Positions 18,240-29,360 of a stretch of DNA of 64,000 bases are shown piece by piece. The stretch is from a bacterium (GTDB taxonomy: Bacteria > Bacillota_I > Bacilli_A > RF39 > UBA660), in the NCBI GenBank assembly GCA_044432745.1, contig JAWXUH010000001.1:114760-178759 (forward strand), written 5' to 3'. Positions within the stretch are counted from its first letter, which is position 1, and each line of letters begins with the position of its first letter. The notes below the pieces were generated by a model, which had not been told where the DNA came from, did no database searches, and saw only the letters and a program-made list of their open reading frames with translations. Made by a program: the position numbers and the translations under genes.

Positions 18240-20059
18240 TAGTTATGTTTCTTATTTCTTGAATCAAATTTCTTTCTTTCATCAGTATTAAGTATTTTTT
18301 TACGTAATCTTAAATTTTCTGGTGTGATTTCAACTAATTCATCACTATTTATAAATTCTAGCGCATATTCTAATGTTATTGGTCTAGGTCTTTTTAACAC
18401 TACAGTTTTATCACTTGATGATGCTCTTGTATTTGTTAATTGTTTACCTTTTACAATATTTACTGCTAAATCATTGTCTTTATTACATTCTCCAACGATC
18501 ATACCTTCATAAACTTCTGCTCCTGGTTCAAGGAATAATATTCCACGATCTTCTAAAGCTTGTGACGCATATGATGTAGCCTTACCATTTTCCATAGATA
18601 CAAGTACACCAAGTTTACGTTCTGCAAGAACTCCTGATGCTACTGGTTTATAATCACTAAACGTATGATTCATAATACCATAACCTTTTGTAAGTGTCAT
18701 GAACTCTGTATTAAATCCAATTAAACCTCTTGATGGTATTTCGTATGAAATTCTGTTTAATTCATTGATTTTAGAGATATTAAGTAAATTACCACCTCTA
18801 AGTCCCATTGATTCAATTACAGAACCCATATTTTCATCATTAACTTCGATTTGAACATCTTCAAATGGTTCAGATTTAACTCCGTCAATTTCTTTTACAA
18901 TAACTTCAGGTTTTGATACTTGAAGCTCATATCCTTCTCTTCTCATATTTTCTAGTAAGATAGATAAATGTAATTCTCCTCTACCTGATACTATCCATGA
19001 ATCATTTCCAGATTTTTCAACTTTTAAAGATACATCTTTTTGAGTTTCACGATTAAGTCTTTCATCAATTTTTGAACTTGTAACAAATTTTCCTTCTTTA
19101 CCAACGAATGGTGAATTATTTGTCATAAATGTCATTTTTAATGTTGGTTCATCTATTCTTAATATTGGAAGTACATCATCTTTACCTGGTAAACATAATG
19201 TTTCTCCTACGAATAAATCTTCTAAACCTGCTATTGCAACAATATCTCCTGCTTGAGCAGTTTCAATTAAAGTTCTTTTAAGTCCAAAGAAACCAAAAAG
19301 TTTTTGAATTCTAAATTCTTTTTTACTTCCATCAAGTCTTATACATGTTACTCTATCGTTTACGCTGATTTTTCCACTTTTGATTCTTCCGATACCAATT
19401 CTTCCTACGAAATCATTGTAATCTAATAATGCTGGTTGGAATTGGAAATCTTTATCTAAATTTACATTTGGAACTGGAATTTCAGATAAAACCATATCAA
19501 ATAATGGTGTATAATCTTCTTGTTGATCATTTACATCACTTGATAAACTACATGTTCCGTTAATTGCTGATACGTATACAACTTTAAAATCAAGTTGATC
19601 GTCTGTTGCATTTAATTCCATAAATAATTCTAAAACTTCATCTTGAACGTGTTCAACTCTTGCAGTTGGTTTATCAACTTTGTTTATTACTACTATTGGT
19701 TTAATTCCAGCTTCTAATGCTTTTTTAAGAACAAATCTTGTTTGAGGCATTGGACCTTCATAAGCATCTACTACTAGAAGTACTCCATCAACCATGTTCA
19801 TTATTCTTTCAACTTCTCCACCGAAATCTGCATGTCCTGGTGTATCTAAAATATTAATTCTATGATCTTTGTGAGTAAGTGCAGTTGTTTTTGCAAGGAT
19901 TGTAATCCCTCTTTCTCTTTCAATATCATTTGAATCCATTGCTCTTTCATCTACATTTTCATTTTCTCTAAATGTATCTGATTTTTTTAACAATTGATCA
20001 ACTAGTGTTGTTTTACCATGGTCTACATGGGCTATAATTGCTATATTTCTTATTTTCAT
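18239..20059 (-). CDS. typA: translational GTPase TypA/BipA
   Basis: The start is placed at the ATG (MKIRNIAIIAHVDHGKTTL) preceded by the RBS AAAGAGG, rather than at the upstream GTG-initiated ORF end (20086). G-domain motifs AHVDHGKTT and DTPGH, plus EF-G-like domains. Confidence 0.9.
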   Translation of the reverse strand: MKIRNIAIIAHVDHGKTTLVDQLLKKSDTFRENENVDERAMDSNDIERERGITILAKTTALTHKDHRINILDTPGHADFGGEVERIMNMVDGVLLVVDAYEGPMPQTRFVLKKALEAGIKPIVVINKVDKPTARVEHVQDEVLELFMELNATDDQLDFKVVYVSAINGTCSLSSDVNDQQEDYTPLFDMVLSEIPVPNVNLDKDFQFQPALLDYNDFVGRIGIGRIKSGKISVNDRVTCIRLDGSKKEFRIQKLFGFFGLKRTLIETAQAGDIVAIAGLEDLFVGETLCLPGKDDVLPILRIDEPTLKMTFMTNNSPFVGKEGKFVTSSKIDERLNRETQKDVSLKVEKSGNDSWIVSGRGELHLSILLENMRREGYELQVSKPEVIVKEIDGVKSEPFEDVQIEVNDENMGSVIESMGLRGGNLLNISKINELNRISYEIPSRGLIGFNTEFMTLTKGYGIMNHTFSDYKPVASGVLAERKLGVLVSMENGKATSYASQALEDRGILFLEPGAEVYEGMIVGECNKDNDLAVNIVKGKQLTNTRASSSDKTVVLKRPRPITLEYALEFINSDELVEITPENLRLRKKILNTDERKKFDSRNKKHN

Positions 20060-20202
20060 AAAATACCTCTTTCTTTGATTTTTCACACATTTAACATTAT
20101 AACATATAAATGATTAATTTTTTAAAAAAATCTTTTTCTTTTATACTATACAATAAAAAAAAAGAAAAAACAAGTTTTTATGTAACATTTGAATTACTAA
20201 AC

Positions 20203-21333
20203 TTATTTTTCTATTACTAAATATTCTTTGTTTTCTAAAAAATGTAAAATTATTACTTTTAATATAGCTAATATCGGTGTAGAGAATATCATTCCCATTA
20301 TTCCAAAAAAATATCCAAAAATTAGAAGTGATAACATAATTATAATAGGATGAATATTTGTAACCTTACTCATAATTATTGGTTGAAACATATAATTTTC
20401 TATAAATTGTACTAATATAGATATTATTAATACTCCTGTTCCTATAACTACACTTTGCGAAAACCCTACTGTAATAGCTATTCCGCAACCAATCCATGGA
20501 CCTACGTAAGGGATTATATTACAAACACCACATATGAGTCCTATCAATAATGCAGCTTCTAAACCTATTATAGTAAATCCTATTGTGTTACAAACAAATA
20601 CCATAGTAGCTATTAAAAATATTCCGTTTACTGTTTTTCTTGTTTCAGTACTTATTTTAGTTGATAATAGATTTACTTGATCTATATACTTTTTAGGTAC
20701 TAATGTAGAAAAACCATTTTTTATACTATTAAAATCAATTAATATATATAAACCTAATATCAAGCTGAATAACAAATCAAATAAACCTGTACCTAGTATT
20801 GATACTGCATTCATTATATATCTTGGTAGACTAGATGTTATTTCACTAATAATTAATATTACATTATCATTTATACCTTGACTAATAGAACTTACATCCG
20901 TTCCTGATGCACTTAAGTCATTTAATATATTATTGTTGAAGAAATTTACAACACTATTTCCAATTACAGGCATGTATGCAATTAATTCTGCTATCTGACT
21001 TGCCATTACAGGTATGAATAATCTAAAAAATATAGATATACAAATCATTAGTCCCATATATACTATTAAAGAACTTCCAATTCTTCCTAGAGATTTTTGC
21101 TCTAATTTATCTACAAATGGATTAAGTAACCATGCGATTATACATCCTAGAAAAAGTGGCATCATTATGTCTAATATAGTTTTTAAAAAAATAAAAATTC
21201 CTAATTCACTTCCTACATATAGTAAACCTATAACTATAAGCATTATCAATAATATCTGAACTAACTTTAATATCTTTTTACCAAGTATTAATACTTCATT
21301 AAGTGCTTCATTATCTATCTGTATTTTTTTCAT
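20203..21333 (-). CDS. AI-2E family transporter (PerM/UPF0118)
   Basis: 376 aa polytopic membrane protein with the typical AI-2E N-terminal region ...LLNPFVDKLEQKSLGRIG.... Confidence 0.75.
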   Translation of the reverse strand: MKKIQIDNEALNEVLILGKKILKLVQILLIMLIVIGLLYVGSELGIFIFLKTILDIMMPLFLGCIIAWLLNPFVDKLEQKSLGRIGSSLIVYMGLMICISIFFRLFIPVMASQIAELIAYMPVIGNSVVNFFNNNILNDLSASGTDVSSISQGINDNVILIISEITSSLPRYIMNAVSILGTGLFDLLFSLILGLYILIDFNSIKNGFSTLVPKKYIDQVNLLSTKISTETRKTVNGIFLIATMVFVCNTIGFTIIGLEAALLIGLICGVCNIIPYVGPWIGCGIAITVGFSQSVVIGTGVLIISILVQFIENYMFQPIIMSKVTNIHPIIIMLSLLIFGYFFGIMGMIFSTPILAILKVIILHFLENKEYLVIEK

Positions 21334-21430
21334 TTTATTACCTCTTTAAATAATTATACAATAAAATATACAAATTAACCACATTAGTTATATATAAACA
21401 AAATTTTCAATAAAAAAACAAAATACCAAA

Positions 21431-21955
21431 CTATGATATTTTATTTTCTTTTTTCTTTTGTGTACTTTTATGCAATTCATAACAATAAAATTGAAATTTT
21501 CTTCTTTCAATATATGGCATTACCGCTATATACATAGAAACTTCATTGTAATTTTCTTCTAATAATGCTAATTTAAAGTTGTTAGCATCAAATCCTTCTA
21601 TATTCTTCATATATGTTTGATATATGTTGTATATAGAATTCATTAAATTTTTATTATCTATATTTGTATAAATAAAATCATTTATCTCAAATTCTATAAA
21701 TGTATTGTTTAATACTACTGGATATTTATGTTTTCTGTTATCAACAATACATAATTCTCCATTTAAATATTCTTCTGTTAATATATTACTATTTCTTATA
21801 ACTTGCATTAAACTTTCATTTGAATGTTTAGTTGTAAAAATGTCAATTGATTCCAAACTAGAGTCTATTAATTCTGAATCTAATGCCATAATATCTATTG
21901 GCATCGGACTTTTTCTATCGACAATGAACACTAAATTGTATATTATATTTTCCAA
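21431..21955 (-). CDS. hypothetical protein
   Basis: 174 aa ORF. No recognisable motif. Divergent from the 22055 ORF. Confidence 0.35.
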   Translation of the reverse strand: MENIIYNLVFIVDRKSPMPIDIMALDSELIDSSLESIDIFTTKHSNESLMQVIRNSNILTEEYLNGELCIVDNRKHKYPVVLNNTFIEFEINDFIYTNIDNKNLMNSIYNIYQTYMKNIEGFDANNFKLALLEENYNEVSMYIAVMPYIERRKFQFYCYELHKSTQKKKENKIS

Positions 21956-22054
21956 TTTAAATCCCTTCCTTTGATTTGTACTATGTATTATACCATATTA
22001 TTTAAAAAAATGTATATAAATATCTTTTTTTTCATATAATTTATTGGTGATAAT

Positions 22055-23653
<1,599 letters not shown>

Positions 23654-23680
23654 TTATATATAATAACATAAAACCAGAAA

Positions 23681-24523
23681 TTAACGAATACCTAAACGTA
23701 ATTTGTCGTAATCATCTAATTCACATTTTTCATTACTGTTTGGATTCCATACACCATATTTTTCAAATAAATAATTTGGCGTATCTTTATATAATGCTAA
23801 ATAACTATTTTCTTCTCCACATATTTTTGCAGCATTAACTCTTTGATTTTGTATATAATTCATTTTTATATCAAATAATTTATCTATAGCCTCATCTGCT
23901 ACTTCAGTATATATTGGAGATATTTTTTTAAATGCATATTCAAAAGAATCTATCTCAGCTACTCTCTTGTGTAATTCATCACATTCAGATTTTTTTGTTG
24001 AAAAATATAAATAATTTAATATATCATTTTCTGGATCTTCCACTTTTAGTTTACTTCTTAATGACGTAATAATACCCATTAATTCTGTTGAACCATATTT
24101 ATCTTTTCTGCATTTATCGTAATACGTTATCTCTCCAACATGTGAAAATTTTAAATATTTAGATATATCTGTATTAGGATTTTCTACTAAATTTTTAGTT
24201 TGTACTGCATACTGTAATACATAAATTAAATTTAATAGAATAAAGTTCATATTAATTTCAAATACAGATTTACCATAATAATGAATTTCAGTTCCTATAC
24301 GTTCAAGTAATAAATAATAATTTACTTCAATTTTTTTCTTAAAATATATATATTTTGTTAGTTCATTACTTTTATTTTTATCACTTACAAAATTTACATT
24401 TGTACAATATGATGCAATATCCATATCTTCTACTAAAAAACTTATTATATATTCTATTTCTTCAATAGATAAAATTTGATTTTTCTTACTTATCTCTTCT
24501 ATCATTTTTAAAACATTTTCCAT
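23681..24523 (-). CDS. hypothetical protein in the rpmA-obg interval (position occupied by spo0B in Bacillus)
   Basis: 280 aa ORF with no recognisable motif; notable only for its position. Confidence 0.4.
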   Translation of the reverse strand: MENVLKMIEEISKKNQILSIEEIEYIISFLVEDMDIASYCTNVNFVSDKNKSNELTKYIYFKKKIEVNYYLLLERIGTEIHYYGKSVFEINMNFILLNLIYVLQYAVQTKNLVENPNTDISKYLKFSHVGEITYYDKCRKDKYGSTELMGIITSLRSKLKVEDPENDILNYLYFSTKKSECDELHKRVAEIDSFEYAFKKISPIYTEVADEAIDKLFDIKMNYIQNQRVNAAKICGEENSYLALYKDTPNYLFEKYGVWNPNSNEKCELDDYDKLRLGIR

Positions 24524-24595
24524 CTAATAATCCCCCTTTAGAAATCGTCTTGATATTATAACATTTGTATCACAATATTGCAATAAAAAAAGCGC

Positions 24596-24883
24596 TTACG
24601 CAACTTCGTAAACACTTACTTTTTTCTTACTTCTTCCACTTCTTTCGTATTTTACTGTACCGTTAACAAGTGCAAATAAAGTATGATCTTTTCCCATTCC
24701 AACATTTTTACCAGGATAAATTCTAGTACCCCTTTGACGATAAATGATTGCTCCTGCTTTTGCATTTTGACCATCAGCAAGTTTTGCTCCTAGTCTACGA
24801 CCAGCAGAATCACGTCCGTTATCTGTTGAAGATTGTCCTTTTTTATGGGCAAATCTTTGGATATTTAAATTAATAAACAACAT
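24596..24883 (-). CDS. rpmA: 50S ribosomal protein L27 with cleavable N-terminal propeptide
   Basis: 95 aa. [11 protein letters not shown]|[21 protein letters not shown] is a Firmicutes-type N-terminal extension ending in F-A ahead of the conserved (A/S)HKKG. Confidence 0.9.
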   Translation of the reverse strand: MLFINLNIQRFAHKKGQSSTDNGRDSAGRRLGAKLADGQNAKAGAIIYRQRGTRIYPGKNVGMGKDHTLFALVNGTVKYERSGRSKKKVSVYEVA

Positions 24884-24895
24884 AACAATTCTCCT

Positions 24896-25183
24896 TTACT
24901 TAATTATTTTTAAATTTTTAGGATATTCTCTTTCTAATTCTTCAAGTAAATTAAACATATTTTGTATTAAAACTTCTACTTCTTTAGTATTTTTTTTAAT
25001 CCTTATTTCCATATGTTTATTATCAATAAATTCAATTGATTTACTATCAAATGAAAGAATCCCGTTTACCGAAGTATATATAATACTTGACACACTTGCA
25101 CATACTATATCTTTTCCAAAATCATCATACATAGCGTGGCCATTTATTTTTATTACTTCTTTTTCTTTTTCGATTAAAATCAT
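24896..25183 (-). CDS. prp: ribosomal-processing cysteine protease Prp (DUF464/YsxB)
   Basis: 95 aa between rplU and rpmA. Candidate catalytic His/Cys pair (GHAMYDDFGKDIVCASVS). Confidence 0.8.
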   Translation of the reverse strand: MILIEKEKEVIKINGHAMYDDFGKDIVCASVSSIIYTSVNGILSFDSKSIEFIDNKHMEIRIKKNTKEVEVLIQNMFNLLEELEREYPKNLKIIK

Positions 25184-25187
25184 ACTA

Positions 25188-25487
25188 CTATCCGTTAATT
25201 TTTTTAACTTCTAGACATGTATATGGTTGACGATGCCCTTGAGTCTTACGATATTTTTTCTTAGCTTTATATTTAAATACCTTAATTTTTTTAGCACGCC
25301 CATTTTTTACAACAGTACAAACAACTGTAGCACCTTTTACAAAAGGAACTCCTGTTTTGTCTCCTACTAATAATACTTCATCAAAAGTAACATCAGCACC
25401 TGCTTCTACTTCAAGTTTTTCAACATATATTTTGTCTCCTTCAGAAACTAGATATTGCTTACCACCTGTTTTAAAAATAGCTTTCAT
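25188..25487 (-). CDS. rplU: 50S ribosomal protein L21
   Basis: 99 aa. The N-terminus [25 protein letters not shown] is typical of L21. Confidence 0.9.
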   Translation of the reverse strand: MKAIFKTGGKQYLVSEGDKIYVEKLEVEAGADVTFDEVLLVGDKTGVPFVKGATVVCTVVKNGRAKKIKVFKYKAKKKYRKTQGHRQPYTCLEVKKING

Positions 25488-25597
25488 TTCATACCTCCTT
25501 AATTTTTAATTAAAAGTCTCGCCTGTAAGGTGGAAAATATAATTTTCTCTTCTAACCTTCTTAGTGCGGTTTTATCAAAATGACTTAAAACATTAAT
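25488..25597 (-). ncRNA. candidate ribosomal protein L21 leader (cis-regulatory 5' UTR of the rplU-prp-rpmA operon)
   Basis: A ~110-nt transcribed leader lies between a near-consensus promoter and the rplU RBS AAGGAGG. Its position matches the Firmicutes L21 leader. Not verified by covariance model. Confidence 0.3.
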
Positions 25598-25626
25598 AGT
25601 CTATCAAATATTGACCTCGATGTCAA
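25598..25626 (-). promoter_or_regulatory. sigma-A-type promoter of the rplU operon (TTGACA-17-TGaTAGACT)
   Basis: Minus-strand reading: TTGACA, a 17-nt spacer, then an extended -10 TGATAGACT. Confidence 0.5.
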
Positions 25627-25659
25627 GTTTATATATCAAAAGATTACAATAATATCTAT

Positions 25660-26526
25660 TTATATTTTATTTATTTTTTTTCTTATTCTTTTATGTATAT
25701 CCTCTGGTATTAATTTTTCTATATTTTTATGATTAATTTTATTTTTATACGTAATATAAAACATTAGGACTTCCTTTAAATTTTCTTTATTTCTATCTAA
25801 GACTAATTCTGATAAGTCAAATGGAAATGTTGAATTTTCACTTAACTGCTCTATATCATCTTTACCTTCTAAAGCAGACATGTATAACCTTAATATGTAA
25901 GCACCTTCTAACAAGTCTTTTATTGTTTTTATATATTCTTTATTATTATGAATAGATAATATTTTTAAATCATCTATCATTATGTCAATTGCGTTATCAT
26001 ACATATCGATTAATAAATCTTCGTCTGTTGATAACTCAGTTTGTTGAATATATTTTGTATAATCCTCAAGATCTATAGGTTGAGAAAAACTATAACTTTC
26101 TATTTTGTCATACTTTTTTATTTCTTCTAAAAAATCTGGTATAGGATATAAGTATATTAAACTTTTTTCAACTTCTGTTAATTCTGACATTGTTATACTA
26201 TATATTATTAAGTTTAATAAAAATTCACTATCTATTTCTATCATTTTGTATAAATCTTCTATACTACTTATCTTATTTATTTTTTCTATATTACTTTGTA
26301 AATGATCATAACAAGATATTTTTATATAATCACTATATGCTATATATAGGTACTCTTTAAATGTTGGATTTGAAAAGAAATCAAGTAATAATTCTTTTTC
26401 TTCCATACTTTTTTCTAATATGTATTTTAAATTTTTTCTTAATTGATTATAAATATTTAACATGTATATATTCCCAAATTGGATTGCATCTCTGTTCATA
26501 ACGGACCTCCTAATAAATTGCTGCAT
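25660..26526 (-). CDS. hypothetical protein
   Basis: 288 aa ORF rich in acidic and helical segments; no recognisable motif. Confidence 0.4.
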   Translation of the reverse strand: MQQFIRRSVMNRDAIQFGNIYMLNIYNQLRKNLKYILEKSMEEKELLLDFFSNPTFKEYLYIAYSDYIKISCYDHLQSNIEKINKISSIEDLYKMIEIDSEFLLNLIIYSITMSELTEVEKSLIYLYPIPDFLEEIKKYDKIESYSFSQPIDLEDYTKYIQQTELSTDEDLLIDMYDNAIDIMIDDLKILSIHNNKEYIKTIKDLLEGAYILRLYMSALEGKDDIEQLSENSTFPFDLSELVLDRNKENLKEVLMFYITYKNKINHKNIEKLIPEDIHKRIRKKINKI

Positions 26527-26564
26527 TAATCATTCTACCAAAATATTACCGTTATGTCTATTAA

Positions 26565-26990
26565 TTAGACTACTTTGTTTATTACCTTATCTAACCAAAA
26601 ATAATCTTTATTTTCAAAATCACATACAAACATATTATCGTTTATGTGAACTTTCTTAAATACTTCCTTTTTATTTACATTCGTCTTTAATGACAAATAT
26701 GCTAAATGAGTTTCTATCACTGTGTTTTCATCTCTGTACTTATTATATATCTTATGGGTATTTCTATTTTTTGTATAAAAATCATTATCTTCGTGATTCT
26801 TGTATATAAATTGATTTAATTTCTCTCTATCAAATGGAATTGCTACTTGCTCAAATAAGTTTGCACCTACTGACAAATCGTGTTTGTCTAAATAATATAT
26901 TGTTTCCATAGTTTTAAATAAATTATACGGATTACTTCTTGCTAATACTTTAAATTCATTATTTATATAAAATATATAAAATGTTCTCAT
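26565..26990 (-). CDS. hypothetical protein
   Basis: 141 aa ORF; no recognisable motif. Confidence 0.4.
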   Translation of the reverse strand: MRTFYIFYINNEFKVLARSNPYNLFKTMETIYYLDKHDLSVGANLFEQVAIPFDREKLNQFIYKNHEDNDFYTKNRNTHKIYNKYRDENTVIETHLAYLSLKTNVNKKEVFKKVHINDNMFVCDFENKDYFWLDKVINKVV

Positions 26991-27042
26991 CCTTTATCCA
27001 CCTCACAAATATAATATCAATTTTTTTTATAAATATTTGTCG

Positions 27043-27068
27043 AAAAAAAAAGCTATAAGCTTTTTTTA
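27043..27068 (-). terminator. rho-independent terminator after the transketolase-like gene
   Basis: aaaaaaaaagct-ata-agcttttttt is a short stem flanked by A and T tracts, immediately after the stop at 27069. Confidence 0.4.
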
Positions 27069-28601
27069 TTATGAATAAAATTCTTCTTTTATTCTTTCTT
27101 TTACTTTATCTAGACCTAAATCTGATGATATTAAACAGTAATTTGAACTAGTAAACTTATTATTTATAACAGATAAGTTTTTATCTAATGCAAATATTTT
27201 AACACTTCTTAATAACAATTCTTTTTCATACTTAACTTGTTTTAATAATAAATTTGGACAAGGTACTGTTACAACTCTCATAAAAATATTTTCTTTTTCT
27301 AAAAGTCCGGCAACACCTAGCGCTAATTTAACTTCTTCTCCACTTGCTATAATTATACCATTTAAAACTTCTTTTTCTTTTTTAATCATGTATGCACCAT
27401 ATTTAACGTACTTAAGATTAGTATTTTTTATCAATGTTGTTTCTTTATCACTTAATATCATTAATGATGTTATATCTTGTTTTATTATAGAAGACCATGA
27501 TCCTATAACTTCATGCATATCACTTGGATAAAAAACATTCAAATTATTTGCGTAAACTTCTGATGTTGTATCATGCAGTAGATAATTTACAGGAAGCTCG
27601 TATTGCTGACATCTATTTATTATATCCGACACATTTAAGAAATTGGTAATTGGAACACTTGGTTTCATTCCTGATAATGACAAACCACACGCTATGTTAG
27701 AAGCTAATCTTTCATCTTTTATATTAACCAATGTTATATATTTACTTTTTTTAAGCAAAATACTAAAGATTTTATCACTACTTTTTATTATAGTATTTTC
27801 ATAGTTTGTATCTAGCTTAAATTCCGTATTTTCTAGATCAATAGCTATTCTTAAAGATTTTAAATAATTTATTATATCAAGTGTATTTTGCTCTCTTGAA
27901 TCTATTATTTTGTCATACTCTAATAACCATTTTTTATATACTTCATTAGTTCTTGTCCTAACTTCTATTTCTAAATCTATAGGTTCAGAATTTTTTTCTA
28001 TTTCTAAATCTACACAATTAACTATTATCAATAAAGGATTTTTTTGTTTTTTAGTTTCCTTTAATGCATCTGTTATCGTTCTTATTTTATTATTTTTTAT
28101 ATTAGTTACATCAAATCCCATTTCCTCGTATATTGAAGCTATAGTAGTATTTTTTTCTTCGCTATGTTTTATAGCTACAACTACTAAATTATCTATATCT
28201 TTGTCTTTAGTGTATAATGCACTATTTAAATAATCTCCTGTTGTTAACTTTTCAAAATCACATACGACGTAACTTTTATACGTAAGTATATTGTTTTTCT
28301 TTATATTTTCTTTAATAAATCCTGATATTTTATTACAACCCATTGATAATCCAATAGCTGCACTCAATGGTAAATTATAAGACTTATTCTTTTCTATTTT
28401 TAGTATTTTGTTAAATGCTAATATCATTTCTTCATTATCACAAAATAATCTATCTTTATTTATCCAACTACTATCAGTGTAGGAAAAATTAAAAAAGTCA
28501 CTATAAAGTGCATATAGCACATTAGCATAGCCACTATCTATCTTTTTTTTCTTTCCAAATATTTTTGTTAATTCCCCTAATATATATCCTTCTTTTTTCA
28601 T
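27069..28601 (-). CDS. transketolase-like protein lacking thiamine-diphosphate/catalytic motifs (probable pseudoenzyme)
   Basis: 510 aa. Transketolase-like segments: N-terminal SGYANVLYALYSDFF...WINKDRLFCD; Pyr-domain-like ASNIACGLSLSGMKPSVPITNFLNV...LLHDTTSE; C-terminal GAYMIKKE...NGIIIASGEEVKLALGVAGLL...RVVTVPCPNLL. The GDG...N metal/TPP motif and the GEDGPTHQ His cluster are absent. Confidence 0.5.
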   Translation of the reverse strand: MKKEGYILGELTKIFGKKKKIDSGYANVLYALYSDFFNFSYTDSSWINKDRLFCDNEEMILAFNKILKIEKNKSYNLPLSAAIGLSMGCNKISGFIKENIKKNNILTYKSYVVCDFEKLTTGDYLNSALYTKDKDIDNLVVVAIKHSEEKNTTIASIYEEMGFDVTNIKNNKIRTITDALKETKKQKNPLLIIVNCVDLEIEKNSEPIDLEIEVRTRTNEVYKKWLLEYDKIIDSREQNTLDIINYLKSLRIAIDLENTEFKLDTNYENTIIKSSDKIFSILLKKSKYITLVNIKDERLASNIACGLSLSGMKPSVPITNFLNVSDIINRCQQYELPVNYLLHDTTSEVYANNLNVFYPSDMHEVIGSWSSIIKQDITSLMILSDKETTLIKNTNLKYVKYGAYMIKKEKEVLNGIIIASGEEVKLALGVAGLLEKENIFMRVVTVPCPNLLLKQVKYEKELLLRSVKIFALDKNLSVINNKFTSSNYCLISSDLGLDKVKERIKEEFYS

Positions 28602-28605
28602 TGTT

Positions 28606-29223
28606 TTATTCTATAACCTCCAAAAATTCTACCGTTGATATTTTAATTGTTTCCAGTGGATAGTCTGCGTCATCAGTTTCAACTGATGCTATTTTTTCTA
28701 CAACATCCATACCTTCAATAACTTTTCCAAATGCTGCATAATCTCCATCTAAGTGCGAGCAACTAGTGTTTGTTAAACATATGAAAAATTGACCTGATGC
28801 CGAGTCCATATCACTTGTTCTTGCCATAGAGACTGTTCCTTCTATATGATTAATTTCATTAGTATATCCATTTGAAGCAAATTCTCCTACTATACTATCT
28901 GTTGTTTCTCCATTACCACCTTGAACCATAAATCCATCTATAATTCTGTGAAACTCTACATCATCATAATAATTATTAGATACTAATTTTTTAAAATTTT
29001 CTACTGTTATAGGCGCTTCATCTTCATATAATTCTATAATAATAGTACCTTCTCCGTTTACTACCATTTTTATTAAATTAGTTTCTTCAGTACTAACTGT
29101 AGAATATTTTTCTGTTATTTCATTTTCATTTGATATATCAAACACTGGTTCTTCCACGCTACATAACATAAATGCCACTGCTATTAATACTATTGCTACA
29201 AACAATCCAAATTTCTTTTCCAT
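28606..29223 (-). CDS. peptidyl-prolyl cis-trans isomerase, cyclophilin type, membrane-anchored/secreted
   Basis: 205 aa. N-terminal hydrophobic anchor. Cyclophilin motifs FHRIIDGFMVQGG and QFFICL. Confidence 0.85.
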   Translation of the reverse strand: MEKKFGLFVAIVLIAVAFMLCSVEEPVFDISNENEITEKYSTVSTEETNLIKMVVNGEGTIIIELYEDEAPITVENFKKLVSNNYYDDVEFHRIIDGFMVQGGNGETTDSIVGEFASNGYTNEINHIEGTVSMARTSDMDSASGQFFICLTNTSCSHLDGDYAAFGKVIEGMDVVEKIASVETDDADYPLETIKISTVEFLEVIE

Positions 29224-29360
29224 ATAATCCTCATTTCTATATTAATATTAACAAATTTTTTTATAGATGTCCATTATTTCATTCAAAAATTTAGACATGG
29301 TATTTTTTGGACTTAAATATTTTCTTGATATATTGTATAATTACTATACGGAGGACTAAT

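Noticed and set aside
20060-20086. N-terminal extension MKNQRKRYF of TypA in the ORF track.
   Set aside because: The extension starts at a GTG with no RBS. A perfect RBS AAAGAGG precedes the internal ATG (MKIRNIAIIAHVDHGKTT), which matches the TypA consensus N-terminus.
29224-29360. LexA/SOS box upstream of the Y-family polymerase.
   Set aside because: No CGAAC...GTTCG-type palindrome is present in the region. The absence was noted in the findings and not called as a feature.
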